Shown: positions 1 to 14,632, numbered from the stretch's first letter. The stretch: 64,000 nucleotides of DNA from Cycas panzhihuaensis (GCA_023213395.1 CM041465.1:168585741-168649740); one strand, 5' to 3'. Translations and numbers: made by a program. Notes: a model not told the origin generated them from the sequence alone.

Positions 1-2512
1 CTTTTAATATTAATCTTCTAAAATAACTATAATTGTAAAATAAAATGTTTATATATGTTTATCATTGTCCACTATTATTAATAAACTATAGAAAATGCAT
101 AATCAAATTAATGCCATCCTTCTAAGCCTACTTTAAAAAGTAAGGTTTTTACATTAGAAGAGGTTACACATTGATTGATCATCTAATAAATTAAACATAG
201 TAAAAATATTTAGCCTTGTACAAATGTTTAGCACATAATTAACATGGCTATGTTCCCTAGATGACAAGGGTTTTACGCATGAAATTTGGTTTATTAACAA
301 CAAATCTTACAAAAGTTGTATTAGATAGAAAAATGATCTTTAGTAATGTCATATGCTATAACATATATAATATAAATAAAATAATATATTTATTTAAAAG
401 CTTGTGATTAGTTAGACTTTTAATAATATTATATTACACTATTAAAAGAATCATTGATCACTCAATCTTATCTTAGTCCTTTAGGTATCACTTTTTCTTA
501 GGTATCTATATTATATATAATGCTTATGACCAATATAACCAACTTTTTAAAGATATGTGCATTTTTTAAAATATATATTATAGAAATAACTACTTTAATG
601 CATTGCTAAAATTTAATTCTTATTTACTGTATGTATGAATTCTTCTTCATCTTATTATATATAAGCCACTAGCTTACACAATATCAGAGTCTTAGGATAT
701 TTCATACATATATATGGTTTAAGGATAGACTCTTTATATGCTAATTGAGTTTTCTAATTGTAGCATACTCATAGCTTTATCATTAAGCTTGAAGTCATTT
801 AGAACCTTAACCTTCTTGTTGTTAGTACCTATACTCATAGTAGGAGTATGAATATTCAAAACTCTAATATAATATCTATGTAAATGCATGTCTAAAGGGC
901 CTACAAATATATTCAAGTATACTAATCTAATTAGTATCCTTGATGGAGTTTTCTATGCTTGCCAAGGATGTGTTTATTCATCCTTATTATTTCTATTACA
1001 TATTTTGGTATTTAATCTTAGTGTAATACCTCATAAATATGATCATGTATATACTACTTTCTTGATGTCAAGGAGAATCCAAATGTAAAAATTATAGAAT
1101 CCTAGAGTAGAGAAAATGTGTTTCAATATAATTTAGGGTGAATTATAGAGCTATTAAATAAGAGTTTATTTCTCTTTCCATTTTTCTTTTTTTTGGTTAA
1201 ACCTAATATTTTAATTAATTTAAAGAATTACATATATTATAATTAAATAATAGGGAGAAATATCCATCCCATCTATACCTCTAAATGGCACTATAAAAGT
1301 CATTTTACTAATAATGATTAGCTTATAAAATTCACAAAAACTAATAGCTTGAAAAAGAAAATAGTAGGAGTAGTTCCATTCTTCACATACTTATGGAGTA
1401 GAACCAAGGTGGTTGCATCCATAATCCTCCATTATCGAGGGGGTTATCTTATAATTTTAAGACCTTATTAGGCAAGGTCAACATGTAAGGACTCCCTTTT
1501 CTTACTAGTTTTATGTTCAGCCCCTTATACACTACTCTAACTAAGCTATATATTAGAGACTAAATGTTACCCATGCAATAAAGAGAAGGCTTATTTATTG
1601 AAAGGGAATCACTTTTCTTAGGAGTTCCTACATATCTAAGGTGTACTTCATTGAGTACCCTTACTTTAGAGCTATTGAGAAATGCTCTCTTCTAAGGGAC
1701 CCTACTCATAGTACATAATGATGAGCTCTAATGATCAATTAGCTCTATTACATGAAACATCACCAACTACACTTTCCTAACTTGTACACCAAAATGTAAT
1801 GGATAATAAGACAACACAAATGTAATAATATAAAAAAATAAAGAATGAGGAAGAAGATTTGCTATTAAATAATACATGATTTATATACTTCCAAATGTAC
1901 TATAAGATCTCCATACTAAGTAGATCCTAAGTAAAGGTGAGGGTTTATAAGAAACCCCTATTATATTTGGATGGATATTTGTATAGTGTTTTGTGGCCAT
2001 TAATCCTTTATTATTCAGTATAGTATCCATTCTTTCCATTTGTATGATGGGATTTATCTATTATACCACATTTAGTGATGAGTAACTTTTTTTAATTACC
2101 CCCATGGAGGAGTCATTATGGCTAACCTAGTTAGATGCTAGTACTTATTTTTAAATATTATGAATAATCATAAAGAAAAACCTTTAATAAATAACCTTTA
2201 TATATAGGATAATAATGGCCCCTAAGAGAGAATGCAACTTCATGCTAAAGATAAATGATAAGGTAAGTTTGATTACCTAAAATTTATTTGTATAAAGAAG
2301 TTACTCATAGTGTAATTCTATAGGTGCATTCTAGGACTTTTATTACATATTTTATTAGTCAACCCCCTTAAGAGTTTATTCTTATGCAATGGATTAGAGA
2401 TCCTCTAGAGTAATTTAGCTAGAATATGAGCTGGATAAGAAATCTCTTTATGGGTTTCTATCCTTTTAGTTTTGAAACCATCAAAGCATTAGAGTAAGCA
2501 CTTATATAAGAT

Positions 2513-2945
2513 TGTTATAGTTCCCATGACCTAAGGATGGTGTATCCTAGTAGGTTAATGTTATAGGTTAAGATAATAAAGATAGTGGTGGTTAGTACTA
2601 GTAAACTTGTATAGAATTTCACTATGTTTAAGAGTGCACTAGAGTTAAAAAAGTGTATTAGAATGAGGGTTAACAATATGAACTAGAATTAATGATGTGG
2701 TGGTTAGTGTAAGTGATATAGTTATTGTGAAGATTAAGGGTAATAAGTTTATGAAGCAATGTGTGTATTTTATGTATAAATACACCTACCTATGCATTGT
2801 AAATGTTAATGATCAATTTATCAATCAAAATTATTATTCTTCAATGAAGATTAATATACTAATTTTTATTTGTTTATTTGTATTTCTTAGGGTTTATTGT
2901 CAAATCTCTTGGGTATTTTAGGTAATAAATGCTAGGTCTATTACA
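2513..2945 (+). repeat. 5' LTR of the 2513-5948 element
   Basis: TG...CA termini; alignable by eye to 5541-5948; TATAAATA near 2775. Confidence 0.85.
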
Positions 2946-2947
2946 AG

Positions 2948-2960
2948 TGGTATTAGAGCC
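2948..2960 (+). promoter_or_regulatory. Primer-binding site (tRNA-iMet type)
   Basis: TGGTATTAGAGCC, one C>T from TGGTATCAGAGCC, 2 nt after the LTR end. Confidence 0.85.
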
Positions 2961-4535
2961 TTCTTATTGAAAACCTTATTGATGCTATGTCTATGTTCAT
3001 CATTGAATTGATTGATGATCCAAAGTTGTCACATACTTGAAGTACATATTTTAGTGCACTAGATAAGACTTTGATGGAATTATTTGTAGATCAATGCTAG
3101 CTCTGAGAATGCTTCTAATATACCTAATGAGGACCACGTATGAGGTTAATATGTTTAGTAGTATTTCAAGGCTATTACAAGTGGTGGGATTTTCAATGAT
3201 GATGGAGTTTATATTGAGAAATAATGCCATAAAAACCTTCAACAGAGCCATAACTTGCCTTGATTGAATTGGTAAGGGCCATCACTTATATTTCCTAAGT
3301 TGGTATAAAGTTTATTATCAAAGGTCTTCTTACTTAACTTATCTTTCATTACCTCAATTCTTTTAGATTTTCTTGATTTATATTGGGTCCCTATGAGGTC
3401 AAAAGGCTTCCATGGATGGGTGGATCTCTATTTGTGTGCTACTATGGTTTTCTTGTAAGGCTTCGATCCTTCTGTGGGAGGTGCATCTTTGTCTATAGCT
3501 ATTAGAACCTTTTATAGGGGTGCATCCCAATAATAATAAATATTCCATTAAAATTTTGATGACTAGAAAATTATAATGGATCCCACCTTTAAATGCAACA
3601 ATAATCATTACAACATTTTCTCTACATTAAAAAGCTCTCAACATCTTTTATATTTTGCATCTCTAATTATTTCCATGGATTGTTTCATCCATAGTATAAT
3701 CTAAGACTACCATTAACATGAAAGAGCACTTCCACTCCAATGTTCACAACCTACACCCAAGATTTTTAACATCATGCCCCTTTGAGAGGAAGGTAGCATA
3801 GCAATCTTAAGCCTCATTATCACATAATAACATCAGCAACTATTTGCATAAAAAATGTAGTGTCTATATCTCAAAGGTAGCTTGGATTAGAATGCAAAGT
3901 TTATGCTCCCTCTTTAGACACCATTTTATAATCTACAAACCTTATCTAAGCTTTATGAATCTCATACGACTTCTCTATCTTGAACACCATGTAGAAATCA
4001 CCATGCCTATGGACATCGCTAAATGATACAAAATCAATTTTGGTGGGTGAATATTTTTTTTTATAAAGTTGGGCATTGATTTAACTAAATTGAGAAGCAC
4101 TTTGAAAATTTCCCCTTAGTTATCATTTGGTAGTCACATGCATGGTACAAGGTGACTGAGTTATTATTGTAAAGGGCTAAGAGCTAATTAAAAATATTTT
4201 ATCATAAATTTTAAAACTTGTGTAATTAATAGTATAATTTCTTCATACGAACTCAAAATTTAATTTCATGTAATCTAAAAAAATCTATATTTTGAGGGAT
4301 TCATTTAAGCTATTATATGGCCTATTATGGTGTTATCTTATATTAAATATTAAGGTTTGAAGTTAAATATTATAGTTAATAATATCTTATATTGTAATTT
4401 TTTATATTATATTGAGGTAGTTCAGTTTTCAATTGGAAATACATTACTCTTGAGGTTATATGATCCCTTTTTCTTGTTAATTTTTTAAAAAAAGAAAAAA
4501 CATTATCATGGAATGGCTTTGGAATCCAATCAAGT

Positions 4536-4760
4536 CCAAAATTCTTAAATCTTCATGGTTCGATCACTTTTGATGACTGGAATGCAACCTTACTCGCATA
4601 CTTCAAGGATATCAACCTAAAGAATAAGTACAAGAAGATTTATAAAAGTTGTTTGCATTTGGAAAATGGCCTTATGTGGTAAGCATGCTTATTCCACTTT
4701 GAACATAACATGGCCTATTTGGATGACTTCATTTTGGTTCTCTGATAATACATTGAAGAA
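4536..4760 (+). pseudogene. gag: Ty3/gypsy gag (capsid N-terminal) remnant
   Basis: Manual translation PKFLNLHGSITFDDWNATLLAYFKDINLKNKYKKIYKSCLHLENGLMW*...DDFILVL fits the P.F.G...W...YF...KI...LHL...W gag pattern. Confidence 0.5.
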
Positions 4761-5540
4761 GTGTTTTGTAGTGAATGTACACTTATGAAATAAGAAGCCA
4801 AATAAGAAGAAGAGCACTTCATTGATCATGTTGATAGTTTAGAAGCTCCCTTAAAAGTAAGTACATATGAAAATCATTCACCCACTTTTTACTATGTGGT
4901 GACTAATGATATATATAATCAAGAGTACTCAAGTCATCAATGGATGACTTGATTCTATTTAGAAATGGATGAAACAAATAAGTGACACCATTCACAAGCT
5001 CATGAACAAGCATGGAAACCTTGAAACCTCCATTTTATTGCCAACATTAGATGAATGTAAGAGTACTATATCCATGGAAAGTATTGAGACCCTTCTTATT
5101 GTCGTATGGGTAGAGTAAGATGATAAATGCATTGCATTATGTATGGATGTTAAACATAAGGAAATCCTACTTGATAATGGAGACCTCGCTTCCCCCATAA
5201 ATTTCCCTTATCAAATAAAGTCCATTGACTTAAAAGAAAGATGGGAGTCTAAACTTTTAGATAGGGAATCTATCAACATGTACCTTGAGCCTACATTTAG
5301 ATTTTTAAATTTATGTATCACCATTTGTTATACTTTAGGGCCACAATTTTTGGATACTCATTCTAATTCATGTAGGAATGTATACAAACATCATTACTTT
5401 CCTCTAGTGAAGGATCTAGAAGTAATTTCCATGCAATAACACTAAGATAATGCATTTACTTTTGACATCCTATAATAATAGGGGATGATCACATCAAATT
5501 TTAATGGTTAAGGGAAACCATCTCTTAAATAGGAAGTAAA

Positions 5541-5948
5541 TGTTATGGTTTCCACAACCTAAGGATCATATAGCCTAATAGGTTAATATTATAGATTAAG
5601 ATAATAGGGGTAGTGGTGATCAATGTTAGTAGCATCTTATAGGACTATGATACATATAAGAGTATATAAGAGTTAATAAATTATATTAACATGAGGGTTA
5701 ATAGTATGTGTGGTAGTTAGTGTAAGTGATGTAGTTAATATGAGGATTAAGGGTAGTAAGTTTATGAAGTAGTGTGCATATTTTATATATAAATGCACCC
5801 TCTTATGCATTGTAGATGTTAATGATCAATTTATCAATTGAAACTATTGTTCTTCAATGAAGATCAATATACTGATTTTTATTTGTTTACTTATCTTTCT
5901 TGGGGTTTCTCTTACATATTTTAGGTAATAAATGCTAAGTCTATTAAA
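5541..5948 (+). repeat. 3' LTR of the 2513-5948 element
   Basis: Copy of 2513-2945 with small deletions; preceded by a PPT-like tract at 5531-5540. Confidence 0.85.
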
Positions 5949-8134
5949 AAGACCCATGTATATATCCTTGTAATCTAGTAGTTTTTAACTTGTGGGATTT
6001 GGATTTTTCTATGGATAATACTATATCCTTTAAGTGCCCATTATGGGTTACATTTCCTAGCCTCCTTCTCCACTTATATACTTTTTTCAAAGTGCGCACC
6101 TAACTATTAGGAGGGTTTGTATCCCTAAAGCCTTAAAGATAAATTTTCCTAAGGTTAAATATTTATACCTATATCATAGTAGATTTATCTAAAGATTTTC
6201 CAAAATATATCCAAATTTGGTATGGAGTTAAAACTCTAAGGAAGAGGGTTATTTTTCTTAATGTACCAAATACATGTTTTAAGTATCACTTAAGAGAGTA
6301 TAAAATTAAGGATTATCTATTAGTCTTAGTTAATGCTGAATAAGCCAACCCTTAAAAAGAGGTTAATCACTCCTCCATTATTAAACATAAAAAATGGTTG
6401 GCTTAGATTGATAACAAGAAACCCAAATCCATAATAGCTAAGCCCAAACCTATATAGGTGGGGAAATTCTATCATAATATTCACCATAGTTGTTTGTATT
6501 CAAGAGTTAAAAGGACATAATATTATAATATTAACTTAGGCAATCAACTCTCTTTTATTAATTAGAAGAAAAAAATAAAAAATGGGAATCGAATGAATGC
6601 CAAAGTCATACTATAGTACACTCTTACATAAGATTTTCATATATAATGATAACCTATATATATTTGATGGGACCTTAAATAAACAATAGAGGCCTCTTAC
6701 ATAAAATACCATTGGTGGTTGTAATCTATAAAGGGGGAATGAACTCTCATACAACTTGACAAAGGATCCAAGGCATAAAAGATCCTTGGTTAAGGGAGAG
6801 AGCAAACTCTATTATGGATACTATATACCACTTGGACACAAATGTAAGAGTAAAGGTAAAGTTTTAAATCAAACAAGGGACTAAAGGAGAAAATAAAACA
6901 CATGACTATAATACAACTATATGCTTATTAGATTCTCCTGCAAGCATCAACCAACTGAGATTAAATACATACCTAAAACCTTATGGGTTTAGAGACTCAC
7001 AACAAGTGCAACCCCTGTACCCTCTTTAGTCTCATTAAATAAGCATCACTATGAAATACTTATTTTATTCTTTTCACTTGGTTCCCTAATTAAACTACAT
7101 ATATAAAGGAGAGGGAAAGGACAAGCAAACCAATACATGTGCAAATAAAGTAAGGGTAAACACTTCCTCTCTTTCCTTAATATTTTTCCTTTTTCTAGGA
7201 AAGGGGGTGGGGGGAGGGGGATTGAGGGGGGCAAAGTAGGTATTCTACTCTTCTCACTCTCTTTTATATTTTCTTTTAAAATAAAAATAGGTAACAAAGA
7301 AAAGAGGAATGGAAAATGGAGTGAGTAGTTTCTTTTATTCATTTTATTTCTTTGGAGTAAATAAAGGAAGGTAAAGGAAGAATTTTTTTTCTTTTTATGA
7401 AATAAATGAGGTATAAAAAGGGTATTTTAGACCATATTTTACTTTTGATTTATTCCTTTTCTTTCTAAAATAAAAATAAGGGTAGAAGAGAGAGGTAATG
7501 AGGTGCACTTAGGATGTGAAAGTCATCCTTTTCTCTAATATCCCTTTGAAGTATGACCAACTTAGTGGATGAATATTAAACACCATGTAAAAAGCACAAA
7601 TAATACAATAAAGGAATAGTTCAAAAAAAATGGTAATATTTTTGGCTACTAGATAGACTTATGACATAGAAATATTTCTTACAATTCTCTAAAAATACTA
7701 GGAATTGGTGAAAGGAAGGGTTAAAAAGGTGACACTTTTAGAGATAATGCTAAAGAGAATTGGTAGTCTCCCCTATCCTATAAGTAGTTATCAACCTCAA
7801 TGGAGTAGCAAATATGTCATTAGATAATTCTACATATATCCTAGTAGCATAATAACTAGCCAAACCACTCTATGACAAAAAAGAGTTTCTCAAAATACTC
7901 TAAATCATTATAAATTAAATTAAAATACAAGTTAGAAGGACTATACCTATGGTGCCTCAGAAAATTTTTGGTAGAGTTTCCATTAACCTATAGGCACCTT
8001 TCAACTTCAAGGTATAATGAAAGAAATGGAAAAGAGGAGGAGAAAAGAAAATGAAACTCTAAGCTCTATGCTCTCACTACGTACAAATAAAGGCCTTTAA
8101 ATTCTCCTCTTCCATGTCAGGTTAGCAGCAAGAG

Positions 8135-8480
8135 TGTAATGATCCTATTCTATTGTGCAGAAGTTGATATGTTATTAGAAGTTAGCTTTTAGGGAGTAGT
8201 ACTTTTAAATTAATTTGAAGTAAATCTATTTATATTAAAAATTTAATATTTTACTTGTAATATTATTATTAAGATTGGTTTTTTAATAGGGAGCTAAATT
8301 GGAACCTATAAATAAGGGAGATCCCTAACTCATTATGTAAGTTTTATTTTTGGGTTAATCTTAATTTTATTTAGAACTTGATCCCTAAGAAACATTTTAC
8401 CTTTTCATTTTTTATTTCAATTTTCTTTTATGTTTAAAGAAATATATCTAATTTAGGATCACTTAAAGTGATATTAGAGC
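8135..8480 (+). mobile_element. Orphan 5' LTR (8135-8466) plus degenerate iMet PBS (8469-8480) of an LTR element interrupted downstream
   Basis: Starts TGTAATGATCC and ends GGATCACTTAA (a decayed inverted terminus), then AG-TGATATTAGAGC. CCTATAAATAAG TATA-like motif near 8305. Partner LTR not in the window. Confidence 0.55.
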
Positions 8481-9647
8481 TTCATTTTTGGCATATTAAG
8501 GATCTACATTTATAAGAGTATAAATGGAAAAAATTCCTTAAAAGTAATCATAAATTTGAGTTAACTAGGCCTATTCTATAACTTTTGAGTGATTATACTA
8601 TAGGTTATAAAATGAAATTATAAAAATTATAAGGAATTTAGTTATAGTGTATTGTTCATTGTTATCTTTAGAGCCTAAAATCTATTACTACAACTTCAAA
8701 TAGCCATAACTTTGGCTACAAGTGCTTGATTAACCTTATTCCCAAGTTTAGACCTAATCAACAAAGTTAAATAAAAGTGAAATTTTAAGTGATTAGTTTC
8801 ATTAGGAATTTACAATCCTTTTTAAGGAAAAAGAGATACTTCTTTAGGTCTCTCGAATGAATGCACAAGGTAATTTGATTGTTTAAGTTGGTTTAGATGA
8901 CTATTATAATATTTTAGTTAGTTTTTTATGGAATAAAAAAAATGAAAATGAAAAAAACTTAGGCTAAACTAAGAAAACATAACTAAACAACCAAAACAAT
9001 AAGATCTCCTTTTTGTTGGGGAGAAGAGTAATCAGTATCTTAACAAGTAAAAGGCCCATTAAAAGAAAGATTTTCCTTAATTTATCATCTTAAGGCTTCC
9101 TACTCTCCTACACTTTTTAAGTTTAGTTTTTGAGAAGAGGCCCTAGCCTTGACCTCTAGCTAACCCTTGAGGAAGAATGTTATGTTATTCTATACTAAGG
9201 AAATGAAGGACTGATGAGTTTAGGGATTTAGGAGATCTCATACTCTAGATTAATGACTCTATCGAGGGTTAACTACTAGGGACTCTCTCATCTAATGATG
9301 ATCTACCTATGAGGATGGATAGCCTAGAGATACTCATGTCTAATTCTAAAGGATTCCAACACTTAGAGATGAAATAAAGAATGATGAAGATGCTCTCAAC
9401 CTAAAATGTGATGGGGAGCTACCACTTTTTGTATTCGAAACATAACTAGAGTTGTAATGACTTTTAAGGAAGGGAGAGTTTGTACATTGGTAATGTTAAG
9501 ATCTGGATGATAAAAAATTCCTTCTCTATGAGTCATATTTATTCTTAAAATAAAGATGGGATTGATATATCAGGGATGTCATGTCCTAATCAATCAAATG
9601 GGTCCTAGTAATTAAGAATGGGCTTAGCCTAGGGAGACCATTGAGCA

Positions 9648-9847
9648 TGTTAAATAATGAGACTTCTTAAATAGATAAGGAAAAGAACTCTCTTCATTGT
9701 TGAGAAAGGCAGTCCTCATTTTTATACACCAAACTTTATAACTGTTACATGGTTAGTACATTAAATGTATGGATTGAGTATAGTAAGGTTTTAATTATAT
9801 TACTCCTCTTATTTAATACACTTATAATGAAACATTATATTCTAACA
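9648..9847 (-). repeat. 3' LTR of copia A
   Basis: TGTTAAATAATGAG...TTCTAACA, adjacent to the PPT complement CCCTCTCTT (9848-9856). Confidence 0.9.
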
Positions 9848-9854
9848 CCCTCTC

Positions 9855-12800
9855 TTAATGTTTTATCCTTTTTAGTCCTATTCTTTCTTTGAGAACTTGA
9901 AAATTGTCTCTACCAAGAGATTTTATTAGAATATCTAAAACCTAACTTGTTGTGGGATAATATGTTAGATCAATTTCTTTACCTTGCACTTTTTCTCAGA
10001 TGAAATGATGATGTACTTCTATGTGCTTTATTTGCATATGCAGAATAGGTTTTTTGGTCAACTTTATTGCACTCTAATTATTACATAACAATGTTGTTGG
10101 TTCTTATTACAGTTGATACATATCCATTATTAATTGCCTAAGCCAAAGAGCTTTACAAATTATACTAACTATCAATTTGTATTTTACTTTCGTCGATGAA
10201 AGAGCAACTATTGGTTGCTTTTTGCTACACCATGAGATCGTAGTTGAGCCTAAGAAGAAATAATATCCATTAGTGGATTTTCTAGTTTTTATCTCCTGCT
10301 CAGTCATAATCAGACTAAATAATCAATTGAGTTGACTTCTCCTTGTTGCATACTAGCTTTAGATCTACAATGCCTTTTAGATTTCTGAGTATCCTTTTTG
10401 TTGCCTTCTAATGCTTCATTTTTAGCTCCTAGATATATCTAGAAACTAATCCTACTGAATGTGAGATGTCAAGTCTTATGGTAGTGAGATAAATAAGGCT
10501 TCAAATCAATTGTCTATAAAGAGTGCAGTCAACTGAAGGCTGTCCTTCATATAGGACTAGATTATAGTTTACTTCTATAGGGGTTGCACATTCATTATAG
10601 TTATCCATCTGGAATTTAACTAGAAAATCTCTGATGTATTTTCCTTGTGAAAGTGCAATGGACTCCATTTTAATCAATCTCCATTCCTAAATAGTAGTTT
10701 AAAGCACTAGATCTATCATTTCAAAGTCTTTTTCTAGCTAACTCTTTATATTTGAGATGGACTTGGTGTTGTCTATTGTAAGAATCATATCACCAACATA
10801 GATGACAATGATTGATATTTTTCCATCATTTTTCTTTATATAAATGCTAGAATCAGAACTACATCTTTGGAAGCCATTCTGGAATAGATGTTTATCTAGC
10901 TTACCATACTAAGCTTTGGGGGCTTGTTTCAATTCACATAGAGTCGTTTTGAGTTTACATACTAAATGTTCTTGTTTTATCTAGATATAGCCTTTTGGTT
11001 GTTGCATATAAACTTCTTCCTCTAGATCTCCATTTAAAAAGGCACTTTTATTGTCCAACTAGTAAATTTTCTAATTATTTTAGGCTAGTAATTTTATCAT
11101 TATTTAGATTGTATTTATTTTAGCCATCGGTGAGAATGTCTCATCAAAGTCTATCCTAGCGATCTAAGTGAATCCTTTTTCCATAAGTCTTGCTTTGAAC
11201 TTACTTATTCTCCCATATGCATCTTATTTTATCTTATATGCCCACTTGCAATTGACTACTAGTTTATTTGGAGGTATCTCTACTAGGTCCCAAGTTTTAT
11301 TTTTTATAATTGCATTTATTTCTGCATCCATAGCTATTCTCCATTCTGCATGCTCCTTTCCTTCTTCAAATGATTGTGGCTATAGTCTATTGAAGAGTGC
11401 TTGATAATGATGACTCTTAGTTCTATATGTAAGCACATTTCTTTTTCCTTCTTCTATGGTTTTAATGTACCATTTAGGTACCTTTTACTATTTCTTTAGT
11501 ACCTCTGTAGTTGATTCTTCTGATGATAGTTCTTCTTCTATGTGAGGAGTATGTTCAAGCTCATCCAACTCATTTTCAGTAGTTACTCATGATTATTCAA
11601 TAGGAAGTTCTTTTTGAGATTTAATTCTAGGTACTTTTTAAATTATCCATATTAGAGATTTGACCTATAAATGGATTTCTTCATTAAAGACTACATACCT
11701 ACTTATATAAATTTTATTAGTCTTAGGATCTATGCATCTATATGCCTTTGAATTTTTACTATAATTAATCATAATGTATTCTATGCATTTTGAATCAAGT
11801 TTTATCCTATTTTAATCTATAATATGTACAAAGGCCTAGTAACCAAAACTTTTTAAGTTACTTACATCAGGCTTCCTTCTTATCCAAGCTTCTTTAGGTG
11901 TTATTTATTACAATGTTGTGGTTGGGCTTCGATTGATAAGATAACAAGATGTCCTTACTGCTTCTTCCTAGTAATTTTTTTAGATTTGTTTTCCATGAAT
12001 CATGCTATATGCCATTTCCATTATAGTTCTATTCTTTCATTTAGTAATGCCATTAGACTAAGGGTTATATGAAGTTGTGAATTGTCTTCATATACCCTTG
12101 ACTTTATAGAAGTCCTAAAATTATTTTTGAGATGTATTCCCCTCTATTGTTGAACTTGACACATTTAGTTTCACATCCTTACTCTAATTCTACCTTAGCT
12201 TTGAATTCCTTAAATGTGTCAAATACATTTGACTTATTATGAATGAAGTACACCCACACCTTCTTGTTAAGATCATCAATACAGGTTAAGAAGTATCTAA
12301 AGCTATTTACGAATAGGGGTGTGAGAGGACCACATAAATCTATGTGTATTAGCTCTAATTTTTCTTTAGCATACCATTCATTTGTTTTGAAAGGAAAATA
12401 ATGTTGTTTTCTATATTAAGAGCCTTTGCAAATAAAATGCTCTGATGAAATAGAGGAAAGTCCATTTACTATATTATTATTTCTATTATTTCTAATTTAT
12501 CTATAGGAAGATGTCCATACTTTAAATGTCATACTTTATTATTAGTATTGAGGTTTATAATAGAGAATGCTCTTACATACATATTTGGATCAATAGGAAT
12601 ATACAACAATTTATACAGGTCATTAAACTTGACCCCCTTAGCAATGACTGTACCACCATTTTTCATATCCAACACATGACACATGCCTTTTTCATCAAAA
12701 ATGGTCCTCAAGCCCTTATTGCTTAGTTGAGATACTAACAAGAGGTTCATCTTGAGCCTAGGTATAAAGAGTATATTACCAATTTTCTTTACATAGCCCT

Positions 12801-13934
12801 ACAAATTTATAGCAATGGTTCCTATTCCTTTAATGCTTAAGGGGTACTTATCTCCTAACTCGAATGATTCTGAGGAATAGGTTCTCATGGAATCAAATCA
12901 ATCCTTTCTACTCATCATGTGTTGTGAAGCTCTCGAGTCAATGTACCATACATCCACATCTTGAGGGCTAGCTAATAGAGAAATAATCAAGGAAGTTTCT
13001 TCTTCCTCTTCCTTTGATTATTCTTTGTTGTAATTTTTGACAAGTCTCTTCCCTCTCTGAATCTCTTCTCTTTATTAACAACATTGATATGGATAGTGTT
13101 ATGACTATCCACAATGATAACAGACATCAAACATATGGCATTAGCTTGAAAAGTATCTAGTCTTACCATAGTTCAAGTAGACCTAGGCATCTCTCGAAGG
13201 ATATATGTGATCACATCCCTTATTTTTTGACCATCTTCCTCTTGAAGGAGTCCTGGACTTGGGTGTACATTCTCTGCCTCTAAACTATCCTCTTTGTCTT
13301 AAGGCTCCTATGTTCAATTTTATCATAAAGGCATCTTTGATTTTATATTTGTACCTTTTGTTCCTTTATTCCTATCTCAATAGCATACTTGTTAGTTCAT
13401 TAAAAGATATTTCTTCAATTATACATATATTTGTTATTGTATTGATGGTTATATCAAAATCCTTTAGAAGTTTTCCTACTACCATTTCAACTATTTCTTT
13501 TTCTAAGATGATTTCCCTAGTACTAAGGAGTTCATTGCATATAGTAATGACCTTGTGAATAAAGTTTTCTATTGATTATGTTTCTTTCATGACCAATTTA
13601 AATAACTCTTCTTTCAGAGTTATAACCCTTGCTCTATTCTTTTGAGCATAAAGATTTTCAAGGGGCTTCCAAATTTGAGAGCAAGAATTTATTTTGTCAA
13701 TCTATATTAATAAATGATCTGAAACTAATAATTTTAAGGTTATTACTCCTACATTATTCTTTTATTTCTAATTTTTCTAAGCATCTCCTTTACTCTCAAG
13801 TATTTTTTCTTTCTTAATGGTCAATTACTAGGCATTTTTTACACACAACAAGCCTCTATTTTAATTCTCCACACATGGTAATTATTCCTTGTCAATTTAT
13901 TTATGTCATTGAGGCCCAAAATTGAAGACGGCAT
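9855..13934 (-). pseudogene. gag-pol: copia A gag-pol (multiple stops and frameshifts)
   Basis: Starts MPSSILGLNDINKLTRNNYHVWRIKIE. Contains WYIDSRASQHM (PR), NLLLVSQL, HIDLCGP...IDDLNKKVWVYF (INT) and [30 protein letters not shown] (RH; ORF 10107-10307). Confidence 0.9.
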
Positions 13935-14632
13935 GATTAAATTGGGTTAAGGATAGATTTGAGAAGTTAGGTAATGTTAAAGTAAGAATGTCATAAGGAC
14001 TAAGGTCTGAAAATAGGGTCTATCTATGCAGTTGTATGAGTTTTTGTACAAAAATAAAAGTATAATATATACAAATTTCTAAATATTATTTAGAAATGAC
14101 TTTTCTACTAAGAGAAAAAAGGCCCAAAAATAAAAAGAGCCTACAGCTAGGATTTTGAAGAAAAAAACTTTAAAAAATCTTAGATCTACAATAATAATCC
14201 ATAAAATTGGTCTTAATGATTTCATAACATAATAATACAGATGCTGGGAGTGATTTTACTTAACAATCTAAGATATTATGAGAGAAATCTACTAAGAAGT
14301 GATCAAATCTATGTGGACTAGTAAATAGGAAAAAACTACCTCAAAATAGCTTCAAATGGCTTGGACCTACTTAAGAAAGATCATGCCCTTAATGAGATCT
14401 ATCTTTTATTTTATTTTCATTCAATTTTAATATCTTCCAAAAAAATCTATCTATACATGTTTGTATAGGTATGTACATATATAATTCTATAGTCTCTTAC
14501 ATTTTTGGCCTTTTAGATCTTTCATTTGATGATTAAATAAATCCTCTACTTTTAAAAAATAATTAATCTCCAACAATTTCAGACAACACTAAAGGCCTCA
14601 GATAAATTTACTTTAGATGGTTAGAGAACCAT

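Larger units (their letters stand above)
2513..5948 (+). mobile_element. Non-autonomous LTR retrotransposon (~3.4 kb, Ty3/gypsy-derived, gag remnant only)
   Basis: Direct repeats at 2513-2945 and 5541-5948 (TGTTAT...CTATTACA/CTATTAAA). PBS TGGTATTAGAGCC follows the 5' LTR, and purine tract AGGAAGTAAA precedes the 3' LTR. TSD AAGAT (2508-2512) / AAGAC (5949-5953). No RT or INT motifs seen inside. Confidence 0.85.

Noticed and set aside
7049-7342. Short ORF-track calls in AT-rich or low-complexity DNA (also 15515-15730, 51571-51765, 61166-61354)
   Set aside because: These are compositional ORFs from purine or pyrimidine tracts in LTRs and UTRs, with no domain motifs.
7948-7999. GGTGCCT...AGGCACC inverted repeat as a possible PBS or TIR
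   Set aside because: A 7-bp stem with no adjacent LTR terminus or TSD; compatible with chance.
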